From: Chitinophaga pinensis
GTDB taxonomy: Bacteria; Bacteroidota; Bacteroidia; Chitinophagales; Chitinophagaceae
DNA length: 64,000 nucleotides
Reading direction: 5' to 3'
Assembly (NCBI GenBank): GCA_943372255.1
Contig: CALRXZ020000001.1
Coordinates: 9,191-73,190, forward strand
Part shown: positions 45,879 to 56,396 of the stretch, in pieces
How positions within the stretch are numbered: position 1 is the first letter of the stretch
How the letters are laid out: every line of letters begins with the position of its first letter
Notes under the pieces: model-generated
Database searches by the model: none
The model's input: the letters and a program-made list of their open reading frames with translations, nothing else
What the model was told of the DNA's origin: nothing
Translations under genes and position numbers: made by a program

Positions 45879-47519
45879 ATGGGAGTGTATTTTCCTTATA
45901 GTAAGAAAATAGTATTACTAGTAATTCAAGTACTAGTATTTGTTAATTTGTTTGCACAACAAAATTTATTAACAAGCTCTAACTTGCCTATTGTGGTTAT
46001 TAATACCGGTGGACAGACCATTTTGGATGATCCTAAAATAACGGCAGATCTAGGAATTATTTACAATGGCACTGGACAGAGAAATGCTTTGACTGATGCA
46101 TTTAACCATTACAATGGGAAAATTGGTATTGAAATAAGGGGTCAGTCATCGCAGATGTTTCCTATGAAATCATATAGTATTGAATTGCGTTTGGCGGATG
46201 GTTCAAGTAATAATCAATCATTATTGGGAATGCCATCAGAAAGCGACTGGGTATTATATGCGCCATATACAGACAAAACTTTGATGCGTAATGTACTTGC
46301 TTATGGCATTAGTAATAGTTTGGGAAGGTATGCTGCGCGATGTAGGTATGTTGAATTAATACTAGATAATGATTATAAGGGTTTCTATGTATTAATGGAA
46401 AAAATCAAACCTGGAAGAGTTGGTATTGTGAAAATGAAAAAATCGGATATTGATGGTGATGCTTTGACGGGTGGATATATTTTTAGTTTGGACAAACAAC
46501 CCAATGCTTGGTATTCTTCTTTTCCTGCACTAAAGTCAATGAATCAAAGCTTTCCCCATTTCTCATATGTTTATCCAAAAGAGACTGATATAGTTCAACA
46601 ACAAAAAACCTATATCAAAAAGCAAGTAGATGATTTTGAAGCGGCATTGAATAGTAGCAATTTTCAAGACCCTTTGATTGGTGTAAGAAAATATGCAGAC
46701 TTGAATTCATTTATGGATTATTTTATTGTCAATGAAATTAGTAGAAATGTTGATGGCTATAGACTAAGTAGTTATTTTAATAAAGATAGAGATAGCAAAA
46801 ATTCCTTAATAAAGGCGGGCCCTGTATGGGATTATGATTTGGCATTTAGAAACGCCAATTATTGTAATGGAAGCAATGTGAATGGATGGGCATTTCAATT
46901 CAATTATGTCTGTCCTGGTGATGGCGCTGGTCTTGTACCGTTTTGGTGGGAAAAATTGTTTACAGATAGTAACTATGTTAAAGATTTGCATAAGCGGTGG
47001 ACTCAGCAAAGAACTACTGTATTAAAAACAGCTAATTTGAATCAAGTAATTGACTCAATTGTTCAATTAACCGATGAAGCAAGACAAAGGCATTTTAAAC
47101 GTTGGCCCATTTTGGGTCAATATATTTGGCCAAACCCCAATCCTATACCAAATTCATATACTGAAGAAATAAGCTATTTGAAAGTATGGCTAGATCAAAG
47201 ATTATTATGGATTGATCAAAATTTACCCAAACAAATTAAACCTAATTGGCCTGAGTCTAATACAGGAACAATGCAGATAAATGTTTTTCCCAATCCTATC
47301 AATAGCCGTTCTGTAATTCAGATTTTAGCAAAAGAAGAGCAAGAGATAAGTGTGGAATTATTTCAAGTAAATGGTAAGTTAGTTTTTTCTACAAAGAAAT
47401 TAATGGTCGCAGGCTTGAATCAAATTGACCAGAATTTGTCTTATTTATCTTCTGGAGTTTATTTATTAGTAATTAAAAATGGATCGGGTGAAAAAATAAT
47501 TACCAAACTAATTAAGTGA
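45879..47519 (+). CDS. CotH kinase-family protein with T9SS C-terminal sorting domain
   Basis: The CotH-type core includes LPIVVINTGGQTILDDPKI, GQSSQMFPMKSYSIEL and VNEISRNVDGYRLSSY. The C-terminal roughly 80 aa (VFPNPINSRSVIQI...GVYLLVIKNG) is a T9SS type A sorting domain. Confidence 0.8.
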   Translation: MGVYFPYSKKIVLLVIQVLVFVNLFAQQNLLTSSNLPIVVINTGGQTILDDPKITADLGIIYNGTGQRNALTDAFNHYNGKIGIEIRGQSSQMFPMKSYSIELRLADGSSNNQSLLGMPSESDWVLYAPYTDKTLMRNVLAYGISNSLGRYAARCRYVELILDNDYKGFYVLMEKIKPGRVGIVKMKKSDIDGDALTGGYIFSLDKQPNAWYSSFPALKSMNQSFPHFSYVYPKETDIVQQQKTYIKKQVDDFEAALNSSNFQDPLIGVRKYADLNSFMDYFIVNEISRNVDGYRLSSYFNKDRDSKNSLIKAGPVWDYDLAFRNANYCNGSNVNGWAFQFNYVCPGDGAGLVPFWWEKLFTDSNYVKDLHKRWTQQRTTVLKTANLNQVIDSIVQLTDEARQRHFKRWPILGQYIWPNPNPIPNSYTEEISYLKVWLDQRLLWIDQNLPKQIKPNWPESNTGTMQINVFPNPINSRSVIQILAKEEQEISVELFQVNGKLVFSTKKLMVAGLNQIDQNLSYLSSGVYLLVIKNGSGEKIITKLIK

Positions 47520-48511
47520 TGTCTTTTCAAAATAAAAATCTCTTAAATCAATATTATTCAATCCAATATGTTTTACAAATTGGCTTATTGTTTTGTTTTT
47601 TTTCATCTTTTTCACAATCAAAAGAAATAGTAAAAGGCTCATTTAGTAAAGATTCCATTTATTTGAAAATACTTGGAATTGCACAAGATGGTGGCTATCC
47701 ACAATTGGGTTGTACTAAAGCTTGTTGTTCTGCTATTAAGCAAGGAAAAGAGACTAGGAAAAAGGTAGTTTCACTTGGTTTGGTGCATAATCAGCAATAC
47801 TGGCTTTTTGAAGCAACCCCTGATATGACTATGCAGATTGACCTGCTTCAAAATGAAATCAAACCAAAAAAATTTCAATTACCAGAAGGGATTTTTATTT
47901 CTCACGCCCATATGGGTCATTATACTGGTTTGCAGTTTTTGGGAAGGGAGGCGCTTGGAGCATCCAATATTCCAGTATATACCATGCCTAGAATGGAGCA
48001 GTTTTTAAGAAATAATGGACCCTGGAGCCAGTTGGTGCAGTTGAACAATATTGTCTTAAAACCTATTCAACACCAACAATCCATCAAACTGGATGATCAG
48101 CTATCTGTTAGACCAATTTTAGTACCACATAGAGATGAGTTCTCGGAGACTATTGGATTTGTAATACAATCAAACCGAAAGTCAATATTATTTATCCCAG
48201 ATATAGATAAATGGGAAAAATGGCAAGAACAGATTGAAGCAATGGTTAAGTCTGTAGACTTGGCCTTGATTGATGGCACGTTTTTTCAAAATGGGGAACT
48301 GCCAAATAGAGATATGAAAGAAGTGCCACATCCCTTTGTAGAGGAGACTGTTAAACGATTTGCCAATTTCTCTCAAAAGGAAAAATCCAAAATCTGTTTT
48401 ATCCACTTTAATCATACCAATCCATTGATTAAAAAATGGTCTCCGCAAAAAGCAATGTTAATCAAACAAGGATTCCAAGTAGCAGAAGAAGGAATGCAGA
48501 TTACTCTATAG
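47516..48511 (+). CDS. MBL-fold metallo-hydrolase (PqqB/PhnP-like), secreted
   Basis: Signal peptide. GIAQDGGYPQLGC and the metal motif SHAHMGHYTG are present. 4-nt overlap with the CotH gene. Confidence 0.7.
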   Translation: MMSFQNKNLLNQYYSIQYVLQIGLLFCFFSSFSQSKEIVKGSFSKDSIYLKILGIAQDGGYPQLGCTKACCSAIKQGKETRKKVVSLGLVHNQQYWLFEATPDMTMQIDLLQNEIKPKKFQLPEGIFISHAHMGHYTGLQFLGREALGASNIPVYTMPRMEQFLRNNGPWSQLVQLNNIVLKPIQHQQSIKLDDQLSVRPILVPHRDEFSETIGFVIQSNRKSILFIPDIDKWEKWQEQIEAMVKSVDLALIDGTFFQNGELPNRDMKEVPHPFVEETVKRFANFSQKEKSKICFIHFNHTNPLIKKWSPQKAMLIKQGFQVAEEGMQITL

Positions 48512-50915
48512 AGAATTTGTTCTCCATTAATTTTTCTTTGAAACTAGATCCAAATGTGAGGGCATAGGTTAGCATGACGGCACGTGTATCTGATTTTGAA
48601 ATTCTATAGCCACTAAAATTGGTGCCGTATGTATTACTACCATTTTGTAAAGTGTTGAAGATATCGGTTATTACCAAACCTAACCTGCTATTTCCCTTGC
48701 CTAGTTTTTGTTGAAAGCCCATGTCTACATTATAATTGGCCAATCGTTCACCTTGAGGAGCGGCAATTGGGGAATTGTAAATCCCTGTTATTTGTAATTT
48801 ACCTCCAGACCAAATTTGAAAATTATTGATGAACTTGCCATTCCAACTAAATACATCTGTTACTAAGTCTGTGTTTACATTCTCCCCACTATACTGTTGT
48901 TTGAATAGTGTAAGACTTAGGTTAAAATCGTAAACTTTAAATGGCTTAGCCGTAAAAATATTTTCTAATCCATAAGTAGTGGCATTGCCAAAGTTTACAG
49001 GGGTTCTAATAGCCACTCCATTGGGTTGTACTATTGTCTGCTCCCTAATAGCATTGGTAGCATTTCTATAAAACAAGGCACTATAAAAACTATAATTTGA
49101 CCACTCTTTACTAAAACCAAGTTCAAACGCGTTTACTAATTCTGGTTTTAAATAGGGGTTACCACCATGTTGGTTTAATGAGTCAGTAATATCTATGAAG
49201 GGATTTAATTGTCCAAAGCCAGGGCGATTAATCCTTCTGTTATAACCAATTTTCCAAAACTGTTCTGCACTGTTGTAAAACACCAAACTGGCAGTTGGAA
49301 AAAGATTAAAATACTTGTTGTCAAAAGCTACATTTTGACTAATGGTTTTTCCATTATTATTAATAGCTTCTGCTCTCAAACCAATATCGTATTTAAAACG
49401 CGGGTTCCCTTTCTCACCAACGGATGAACTAATCTGCACATAAGCTGCGTGCACCTGCTCACGGAATTGGAAAACATTACTTGCTTTTGCGTTAGGAACA
49501 TAAATGCCATTGGTTAAATCATAAGATTGAAAATCTGCATCTAAAGAACGAATAATGCCTTTGTAACCAGTTTCTATTTTTGAATGATTAGACAATGGAT
49601 AAGAATAATCTGTTTTCATATTCACCACTAGTGCATCTTCATAGTTATGTGTTTTCTGATAAAAGATGCTGCCAATCTGAGAACCATTTTCAGTTAAGTT
49701 GATAGAATTGATATCGGTATTCTCTCTATCCATATTAAAAGAACTACTAACATTGGCAGTTAGCAATGCTCCTGTTCCAATAGATTTATGGCTAAAGTTG
49801 GCAGCATACTCAGCAATTTTAGACCTAGCAATCTCAATAGACTGTCTTTGAGATTTTGTATTGAATTTATTGGCAGATGTAGTGGTAGTACTGGTAAGAG
49901 TTTCATTATTGTCCTGACCTTCACCGCTAAAAATGGCTTCAAAACCTAGGCTGGTATTTTTGCTAGGGGAATAGTCGGCACTTAACCTTAGATTTTGTAA
50001 AGACTCAAGACGATCATCAAATCTAAATTGTCTTATTTGATATTGATCTGGAGAATTAAAATTGGTTCTGAGACCATCAATAGTACGGTCCCTACCCGCA
50101 AACCGATTGTCATAAGCTAGTCCCAAGTTCCATTTCTCGGTTTTATGGTTGAGCAAAAGTGAACTATTCACCCTTCCCTTAGCACCAAAACCAGTTCCAA
50201 TTGCCAATGCCCCATTGGTTCCTGATTGTTTGCCTTTTTTCAATTTGATATTGATAATGCCACCTTCAGCATCGGCATCATAATTGGCACCAGGACTGTT
50301 GATGATTTCTATACTTTCAATAGAAGAAGCAGCAATTTGGTCTGTGTTTGTAATACTAGAATTTCTGCCATTGATCAGGATCATAGGCGTTTTACCTCGC
50401 ATGGTAATAGTACCTTCGGCATCAACCAAAACAGTAGGAGTATTTCTAAGTAAATCAGTAGCGGTACCTCCAAGTTGAGTGATACTCGCTGATGCATTGA
50501 CTACAAAACCCTGACTAGTTCTTTGTATAAGTTTTTTCTCAGCAGTTACAGTAACTGATTTGAGGGTTTCACCAGCATCATTCAAGTTGATGTTTCCTAG
50601 GTTCAGGACTTTGTTGGCCGATGTAATTTCTAGATCCAATGTTTTGGGTAAAAAGCCAATAGAGCGGATATTTAAATGATACTTTCCAACAGCCATACCG
50701 CTTAATTCAAAAAAGCCTAAGCTATCAGAAATGGTATTGGAAATGGGTTTTAATGAGTCATTTGAAGCATAAAGCAACAGACTTGCAAAAGCAATAGGGT
50801 TATTCTGTTTTACCAATTTTCCACTAATGCTGGCCTTTGGTTGGGCCAAAATACTGGTATAGGAAAATAAAAAATAACAAAAGCAGCAAACCCAACCAAT
50901 TCTGTACCTATTCAT
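48501..50915 (-). CDS. TonB-dependent receptor with CarboxypepD_reg domain
   Basis: The likely start is MNRYRIGWVCC at 50915. It has a CarboxypepD_reg-like region (GKYHLNIRSIGF), a plug (IESIEIINSPGANYDADAEGGIINIKL) and a barrel terminus. Confidence 0.85.
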   Translation of the reverse strand: MNRYRIGWVCCFCYFLFSYTSILAQPKASISGKLVKQNNPIAFASLLLYASNDSLKPISNTISDSLGFFELSGMAVGKYHLNIRSIGFLPKTLDLEITSANKVLNLGNINLNDAGETLKSVTVTAEKKLIQRTSQGFVVNASASITQLGGTATDLLRNTPTVLVDAEGTITMRGKTPMILINGRNSSITNTDQIAASSIESIEIINSPGANYDADAEGGIINIKLKKGKQSGTNGALAIGTGFGAKGRVNSSLLLNHKTEKWNLGLAYDNRFAGRDRTIDGLRTNFNSPDQYQIRQFRFDDRLESLQNLRLSADYSPSKNTSLGFEAIFSGEGQDNNETLTSTTTTSANKFNTKSQRQSIEIARSKIAEYAANFSHKSIGTGALLTANVSSSFNMDRENTDINSINLTENGSQIGSIFYQKTHNYEDALVVNMKTDYSYPLSNHSKIETGYKGIIRSLDADFQSYDLTNGIYVPNAKASNVFQFREQVHAAYVQISSSVGEKGNPRFKYDIGLRAEAINNNGKTISQNVAFDNKYFNLFPTASLVFYNSAEQFWKIGYNRRINRPGFGQLNPFIDITDSLNQHGGNPYLKPELVNAFELGFSKEWSNYSFYSALFYRNATNAIREQTIVQPNGVAIRTPVNFGNATTYGLENIFTAKPFKVYDFNLSLTLFKQQYSGENVNTDLVTDVFSWNGKFINNFQIWSGGKLQITGIYNSPIAAPQGERLANYNVDMGFQQKLGKGNSRLGLVITDIFNTLQNGSNTYGTNFSGYRISKSDTRAVMLTYALTFGSSFKEKLMENKFSIE

Positions 50916-51085
50916 AACAGTACTTTGAATAAAGGTATACAAAGCCATTGGCCACACTCATTAAAAGCAGCTGAATATAGGTCAGAACCCGATTAAAGAG
51001 GGTGAGGAAGAGAAGCATGCTTTTATAGTTGACACAATATTTTGTATTTTAAGACTGTTTATAGATATATCCCATGAATTATACC

Positions 51086-51108
51086 CAATCACTACTTTTT
51101 AGTGATTG
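51086..51108. promoter_or_regulatory. Perfect 9-bp inverted repeat in the divergent promoter region (operator or 5'-UTR hairpin)
   Basis: caatcacta (51086-51094), ctttt, tagtgattg (51100-51108). It ends 32 nt upstream of the ATG at 51140, between the divergent TBDR and T9SS-cargo genes. Confidence 0.35.
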
Positions 51109-51139
51109 TATTTGACAACCAAATACCAATGCTAGATTC

Positions 51140-53941
51140 ATGAGAATTTTTTACTGCTTATTGGCAATGATTATCTGTTCAGAAGCCATTTCCCAACCCT
51201 TTGCTGCCTTGCCTTCTAGTCCTGCTGCCGTTACCAAAACGGGTAGATTGGGTCTGCGATATACATTTGTCAGCAGCACTTTATTACAACCGGCTATAGA
51301 CAACGAGCCCAATCACCGAGTAAAAGTGGAAAATATTGGTCCTAACGCTAAGACCAATGTTAGGGTCAGTTACACGGGATTAAATGCAGATAGTTCTGTG
51401 CCTACTTTAAGTGGTGGCGGTTTTGCAGCATTCCCAAATGGTGGTTCAGTAAACTTGGCTTCAAGAGATACTACCATTGTTCAAGGATGGTCAAGTGGAT
51501 GGAGAGAGTGTAGTTGTATCAATGATGGCAATAACAATAAATTAGTCAGATTCATATTTGCCTACGATTCTACCTTTTATGGTCCGGATGGTTTACCCGA
51601 TGGTACCATCGCGCTAGCAGATACCATTATCCAACCCTTGGTGATTGTTCAAAGATCTCAATCACAACAAACACAAATTGCTGTCATTCAAACTTCTGCC
51701 ACACAAAGTTTAAGAGGACAATTTATTATACCTGGATATATAAAAAGTCTTGTTTCGCTAAACACAGTATCCATTGCAACTAATGGACTAACCTGGGCCT
51801 TTTATCCCAATACCCCTTCCTCTATTACAACAGTTGATAGTATCGGAAATAGATATTATAGATTTAATATCACGGTAGACCCTAGATCTGATTATAGAAT
51901 TGAAGCAAAGTTCAATTCTACAAATACTTCTTTATTAGTACCTGCAACAACCATTGTAGTGCCAAATTCCGCATCAAATGATACATTAAGAGCAACGGTT
52001 CTGCCCTATGGAAAAGCATCGTTTACCATTGACTCTGTGATCACGCATGAAACAGAAGTAGGATTTTGGAGAACGATTTTTGCGCCTGGCGATAGCACAA
52101 TTACGGTATTCCCCGGCCAAGAAAACTGGTTCGGAGCTACTAATACTGAACGCAATGCCAATAGGGCCAAATCAAAAATTATCAAGTACAAAGCAGACTG
52201 GGCGGGCTTTGGAACCAAGCTTTGGGAATTTGCTTTGCCTACAGAATCTTGGGGTGGAGGCGTGAGTAAAGATGGTAAACATGTAGTTTATATGATTAAC
52301 CAAAAAGGTAGAGAAAGTGGATTAGAAAATGATCCAACAGTAGATTGGGTGGGTGTTTTGGATGGAACAACAGGACAAAAAAAATGGGGTTTAAGAGGTA
52401 ACCAACAAATACAAGAAGGGTTAGAAGTTGCCATTTCCTCAACTGGAACTTATATAGCCATGGGAACTACTGGAAGTGGTAGATTTTCTGTCTATAAAAA
52501 CAATGGTAATAGTGGAACACTTCTATGGAGTAATCCAGCAGACTTTGCAAATGGCAATAAGGATATTGGACAAATTAGGAAGATTGTTTTTTCTGACAAT
52601 GACCAATATGTATATGCTGGTTGTGGAGACATGTATTTGAGAAAGTATAAAATTGCAGACAGTAGTTTGGTTTGGAAGGCCTATATAGGTGGATGGCCAT
52701 TTGTAAATGGATTAGTCATTGCCAACGGTTACGTGATTACTGGAACCAAGTCAAAAGATAGAACCGTAATTAGAGATTCCGATGGTGCAGTACAATACTT
52801 TGCAGGTTCATTTGGATATGATGCAACTGTAGATAGTTCATTTACTGGTCCGGTATTTGGCTTTGGACCAATTGTAACCGAAAGAACATCGGGCAGGGCC
52901 ATTGCAAGTGTAGGAAGTAATTCTGTGAAGCATAGTATTCTCAATGGAAGTTTTGTTTTAAGTGCTGATAGAACGGTAGATGTGTATTCCCGTTATGGTG
53001 GCAACAGTTTGGCTAATCGTGCTACCTATATGGGAGCAGGATCAGGAGAACAATCACAATCCGGATGGGCAAGTGCATCAGGAGATAGAATAGTTGTTGC
53101 TGCAAGAGATTTGACAACAGGTGTTTTTCCTAGAAAGACTGCAGCCTTTTATAAAATCAATAGAAGTATTAATAGATATCCAACCATGGATTCTATTGGC
53201 GCAAAATCTTTTACAAAATTTGATACGCTAAGGTTAAAAATTAGCTATCGCGATTTCAACGATTATAATACCGCAAATACGCAATTGTCTTTAACAGCAA
53301 CTGCAGAAACTGCCGATCTAAAAACCATTGTGCGGGGCGATTCTGTGATAGTTTATGGGGCTTCAGGTTTTAATGGACTAGCAGCCATCACCGTGTCAAT
53401 TGCAGAAACAGCAACCACTGAAAAATGGACGGTTTCTGAGCGAATTCCTGTTACGGTTAATTGCAATACTATAGCTACACCTACCATTACTAAAGACATT
53501 GACAACTTCTTAGTATCATCATCATTGTATAATAATACTTGGTACAAAGACAATGTGCTTATGACTGATACTACTCAGAAAATCAAACCCATATCCAGTG
53601 GTAATTATTCTGTAAAAATAGTTCAAGGTGGTTGTAGCTCAACCCTATCTTCGGCTACCAGTTATATTCCAACTGCCCTAGTTAATTTAAGTGCAGGCCA
53701 ATTTATTAAAACCTTTCCAAACCCGGTACATAGTGAATTACATATTCAGTATCAGTTAAATGGTATCACCACAATGAAAGCGCTTTTGTATGATGTGTCT
53801 GGTAAATTGATATTGCAGCAGAACAGTCTTTCCAATGGTGGTAGTTTGCCCATGGGAAATCTTATCAGGGGTTCATATCTTTTAAGATTATATGACAAAA
53901 ATGGAAAACTGTTGCACACAGAAATATTAATCAAGGATTGA
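51140..53941 (+). CDS. Large T9SS-secreted protein with beta-propeller-like central region and T9SS type A sorting domain
   Basis: 933 aa with a signal peptide. The central repeats have a PQQ/WD-like pattern (KKWG..., LLWSN..., LVWKAY...). The C-terminal FPNPVHSELHIQY...GSYLLRLYDKNGK is a Por secretion tail. Confidence 0.7.
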   Translation: MRIFYCLLAMIICSEAISQPFAALPSSPAAVTKTGRLGLRYTFVSSTLLQPAIDNEPNHRVKVENIGPNAKTNVRVSYTGLNADSSVPTLSGGGFAAFPNGGSVNLASRDTTIVQGWSSGWRECSCINDGNNNKLVRFIFAYDSTFYGPDGLPDGTIALADTIIQPLVIVQRSQSQQTQIAVIQTSATQSLRGQFIIPGYIKSLVSLNTVSIATNGLTWAFYPNTPSSITTVDSIGNRYYRFNITVDPRSDYRIEAKFNSTNTSLLVPATTIVVPNSASNDTLRATVLPYGKASFTIDSVITHETEVGFWRTIFAPGDSTITVFPGQENWFGATNTERNANRAKSKIIKYKADWAGFGTKLWEFALPTESWGGGVSKDGKHVVYMINQKGRESGLENDPTVDWVGVLDGTTGQKKWGLRGNQQIQEGLEVAISSTGTYIAMGTTGSGRFSVYKNNGNSGTLLWSNPADFANGNKDIGQIRKIVFSDNDQYVYAGCGDMYLRKYKIADSSLVWKAYIGGWPFVNGLVIANGYVITGTKSKDRTVIRDSDGAVQYFAGSFGYDATVDSSFTGPVFGFGPIVTERTSGRAIASVGSNSVKHSILNGSFVLSADRTVDVYSRYGGNSLANRATYMGAGSGEQSQSGWASASGDRIVVAARDLTTGVFPRKTAAFYKINRSINRYPTMDSIGAKSFTKFDTLRLKISYRDFNDYNTANTQLSLTATAETADLKTIVRGDSVIVYGASGFNGLAAITVSIAETATTEKWTVSERIPVTVNCNTIATPTITKDIDNFLVSSSLYNNTWYKDNVLMTDTTQKIKPISSGNYSVKIVQGGCSSTLSSATSYIPTALVNLSAGQFIKTFPNPVHSELHIQYQLNGITTMKALLYDVSGKLILQQNSLSNGGSLPMGNLIRGSYLLRLYDKNGKLLHTEILIKD

Positions 53942-53959
53942 TTTGGATATGTTTGTATT

Positions 53960-54985
53960 ATGAATACTGCAAATCTACATTCAGAAGAAAAACTTAATTC
54001 CATAAAATGGGGCATCATAGGATGTGGCAATGTAACAGAAGTAAAAAGCGGTCCTGCATTTAATAAAGTAGCTAATAGTAGCTTGGTAGCTGTGATGAGA
54101 AGAGACGCAAGTCTAGCGGAAGATTATGCAAAAAGACATGCTGTACCTAAATGGTATAACAATGCCATTGAATTGATCAAAGACCCAGAAATCAATGCTA
54201 TTTATATTGCTACTCCACCCAAACAACACGAGGAATATGCCATTGCGGCCATGCAAGCTGGAAAACCTGTGTATGTAGAAAAGCCCATGGCATTGGATTT
54301 GGTAGCATGTAGACGCATGGAACAAGTTTCAAAAGAAACAGGTATAAAATTGGTGGTAGCACACTATAGAAGGGCATTACCTCTTTTTATAAGAGTCAAG
54401 GAATTGCTAGAACAGCAAGCTATTGGAGATATTCGTTTTGCAAGAATCAGTTTGCTACAACCAGACCAATCTGCCATGATTGCCAAAACTGGGAATAATT
54501 GGCGTGTGGATCCCGCACTTGCTGGTGCTGGATTATTCTATGATTTAGCTCCACACCAATTAGACCTGCTGATCCATTTTTTGGGTAAACCAACAGATTC
54601 TATTGGTATAGCTGTAAACCAAGCCGGATTGTATGCAGCTGAGGATTTGGTGGTTGGAGTTGCACAATTACCCAATCAGGTATTGTTTAATGGAACTTGG
54701 TGTTTTACCACACCAGCGGGAAAGGAAGAAGATTTGTTTGAAATTCAAGGTTCAACAGGAAGTTTACGTTTTGCCGTATTTGGGCATGAATTAACCATTG
54801 AGCGCAATGGAATGATTGAAACAGAAAAATTTGAACCTCCACAGCATATTCAACAACCCATGATTGAAAAAATTGTCCCATACTTTTTAGGAAATGCAGA
54901 CAACCCTTGTTCTGCTGCAGATGCCATTCAATCAATGGAGATGATGGAGCAATTTGCATATGGAACTAACCAAACATCTAAATAA
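53960..54985 (+). CDS. Gfo/Idh/MocA-family oxidoreductase (cytoplasmic)
   Basis: Rossmann N-terminus WGIIGCGNV and the family motif VYVEKP. Confidence 0.85.
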   Translation: MNTANLHSEEKLNSIKWGIIGCGNVTEVKSGPAFNKVANSSLVAVMRRDASLAEDYAKRHAVPKWYNNAIELIKDPEINAIYIATPPKQHEEYAIAAMQAGKPVYVEKPMALDLVACRRMEQVSKETGIKLVVAHYRRALPLFIRVKELLEQQAIGDIRFARISLLQPDQSAMIAKTGNNWRVDPALAGAGLFYDLAPHQLDLLIHFLGKPTDSIGIAVNQAGLYAAEDLVVGVAQLPNQVLFNGTWCFTTPAGKEEDLFEIQGSTGSLRFAVFGHELTIERNGMIETEKFEPPQHIQQPMIEKIVPYFLGNADNPCSAADAIQSMEMMEQFAYGTNQTSK

Positions 54986-54991
54986 GCATCC

Positions 54992-56350
54992 ATGAAATTG
55001 TTGAAAGTCTTGGTAAAAAGCATCATGTTGCTGATAGCGCTGATGATGATCTTACTGCCCTTGTTTATTCGTAGGGCCGATAGGACACCTTTTGAGCAAT
55101 CAGGATTTCATGCAGAAATGCTTGCTTTATTAGATAGTGCAAAAGAACATGCTCCCAAAATAGACACCAGCACCATATTGCTGGCAGGTTGGTCCAAAGC
55201 CAATATCACTCCCGCCAAACCTATGCCCACTGCGGGTTATGGCAAAAGAGAAGGCAAGCCTTACTTAACCATTCATGATAGTATTTATGCTAGGGCCATT
55301 TATTTGCAACAGGGACAAACCCAAGCAGCCATTGTTAGTTGTGACTTACTCATTATTCCACCCGAGCTAACCCTGGTTTTAAAACAGTTGATGCCAAGTA
55401 TTGGATTAGATTTTTCGCAAGTTTATATTGGTGCCACCCACTCACACAATAGCATTGGTGGATGGGGCAAGCGATATATTGGAGAATTGTTTGCGGGTAA
55501 ATATGATTCCTTGATGGTGCAGGAATTGGCAACAAAAATTGTCCATGCAGTAAACATCGCCAAAGGCAAAGCAAGGCCCATGCAATTGTCTTATGCTAGC
55601 ATAGCCAAACCCGAACTGGTAAAAAATAGAACGGTAGGCGATAAAGGAACAGAAGATCCTTTTCTGCGCATGATCTATTTACAAGGCTTAGAGCCTAGTG
55701 CACCCAAAGCCATTCTTACTTCTTTTGCAGCACACGCTACCACGCTGAGTGATTCGGTCATGCGTTTGAGCAGAGACTATCCAGGTCAATTGGTAGATGG
55801 CTTAGAGCAACATCTTGGTTTTGACCAAGCCATGTATTTGGCAGGGGCAGTAGGTAGCATGGGTCCAGAAGAAGAAGGGAATACAGATTGGGATCAATTA
55901 TCTTATTTGGCAACTGGTCTTGAAACTGCCATTCAAGAAAATAGGAACATCACTGCACTAAAACCAAATTTGCAAGTCATGACCCTACACTTACCCATGC
56001 GTGAGCCACAATGGCGATTTGCAAAAGACTGGTGTTTTAGACATTGGCTATGGACCAAGCTTTATGGTGATTATGACAATGAAGTAAAAATGTTGCGCCT
56101 AGGAAATTTGGTCATGGTGGGATTACCCTGCGATTTTAGTGGAGAGCTCATGAAAGACCTAACAGATTATGGTGCCACCAAGGGTAAACAATTAATGGTT
56201 ACCAGTTTTAATGGAGGCTATGTGGGTTATATTACCAAAGACAATTATTATGATGAGCCAGGTTATGAAACCAGGATCATGAATTGGTTTGGTCCAGGCA
56301 ATGCAGCTTATTTTAGTGAAGTAGTTCGCAAATTGGTTGATCTACCTTAA
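54992..56350 (+). CDS. Neutral/alkaline non-lysosomal ceramidase N-terminal-domain family protein, membrane anchored
   Basis: N-terminal TM segment. [28 protein letters not shown] and [12 protein letters not shown] match the neutral ceramidase N-terminal domain pattern. Confidence 0.65.
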   Translation: MKLLKVLVKSIMLLIALMMILLPLFIRRADRTPFEQSGFHAEMLALLDSAKEHAPKIDTSTILLAGWSKANITPAKPMPTAGYGKREGKPYLTIHDSIYARAIYLQQGQTQAAIVSCDLLIIPPELTLVLKQLMPSIGLDFSQVYIGATHSHNSIGGWGKRYIGELFAGKYDSLMVQELATKIVHAVNIAKGKARPMQLSYASIAKPELVKNRTVGDKGTEDPFLRMIYLQGLEPSAPKAILTSFAAHATTLSDSVMRLSRDYPGQLVDGLEQHLGFDQAMYLAGAVGSMGPEEEGNTDWDQLSYLATGLETAIQENRNITALKPNLQVMTLHLPMREPQWRFAKDWCFRHWLWTKLYGDYDNEVKMLRLGNLVMVGLPCDFSGELMKDLTDYGATKGKQLMVTSFNGGYVGYITKDNYYDEPGYETRIMNWFGPGNAAYFSEVVRKLVDLP

Positions 56351-56396
56351 ACTGTTTGCTATTGCTTATCAACCGTTATCTTCGCTCAAAAAAGAT

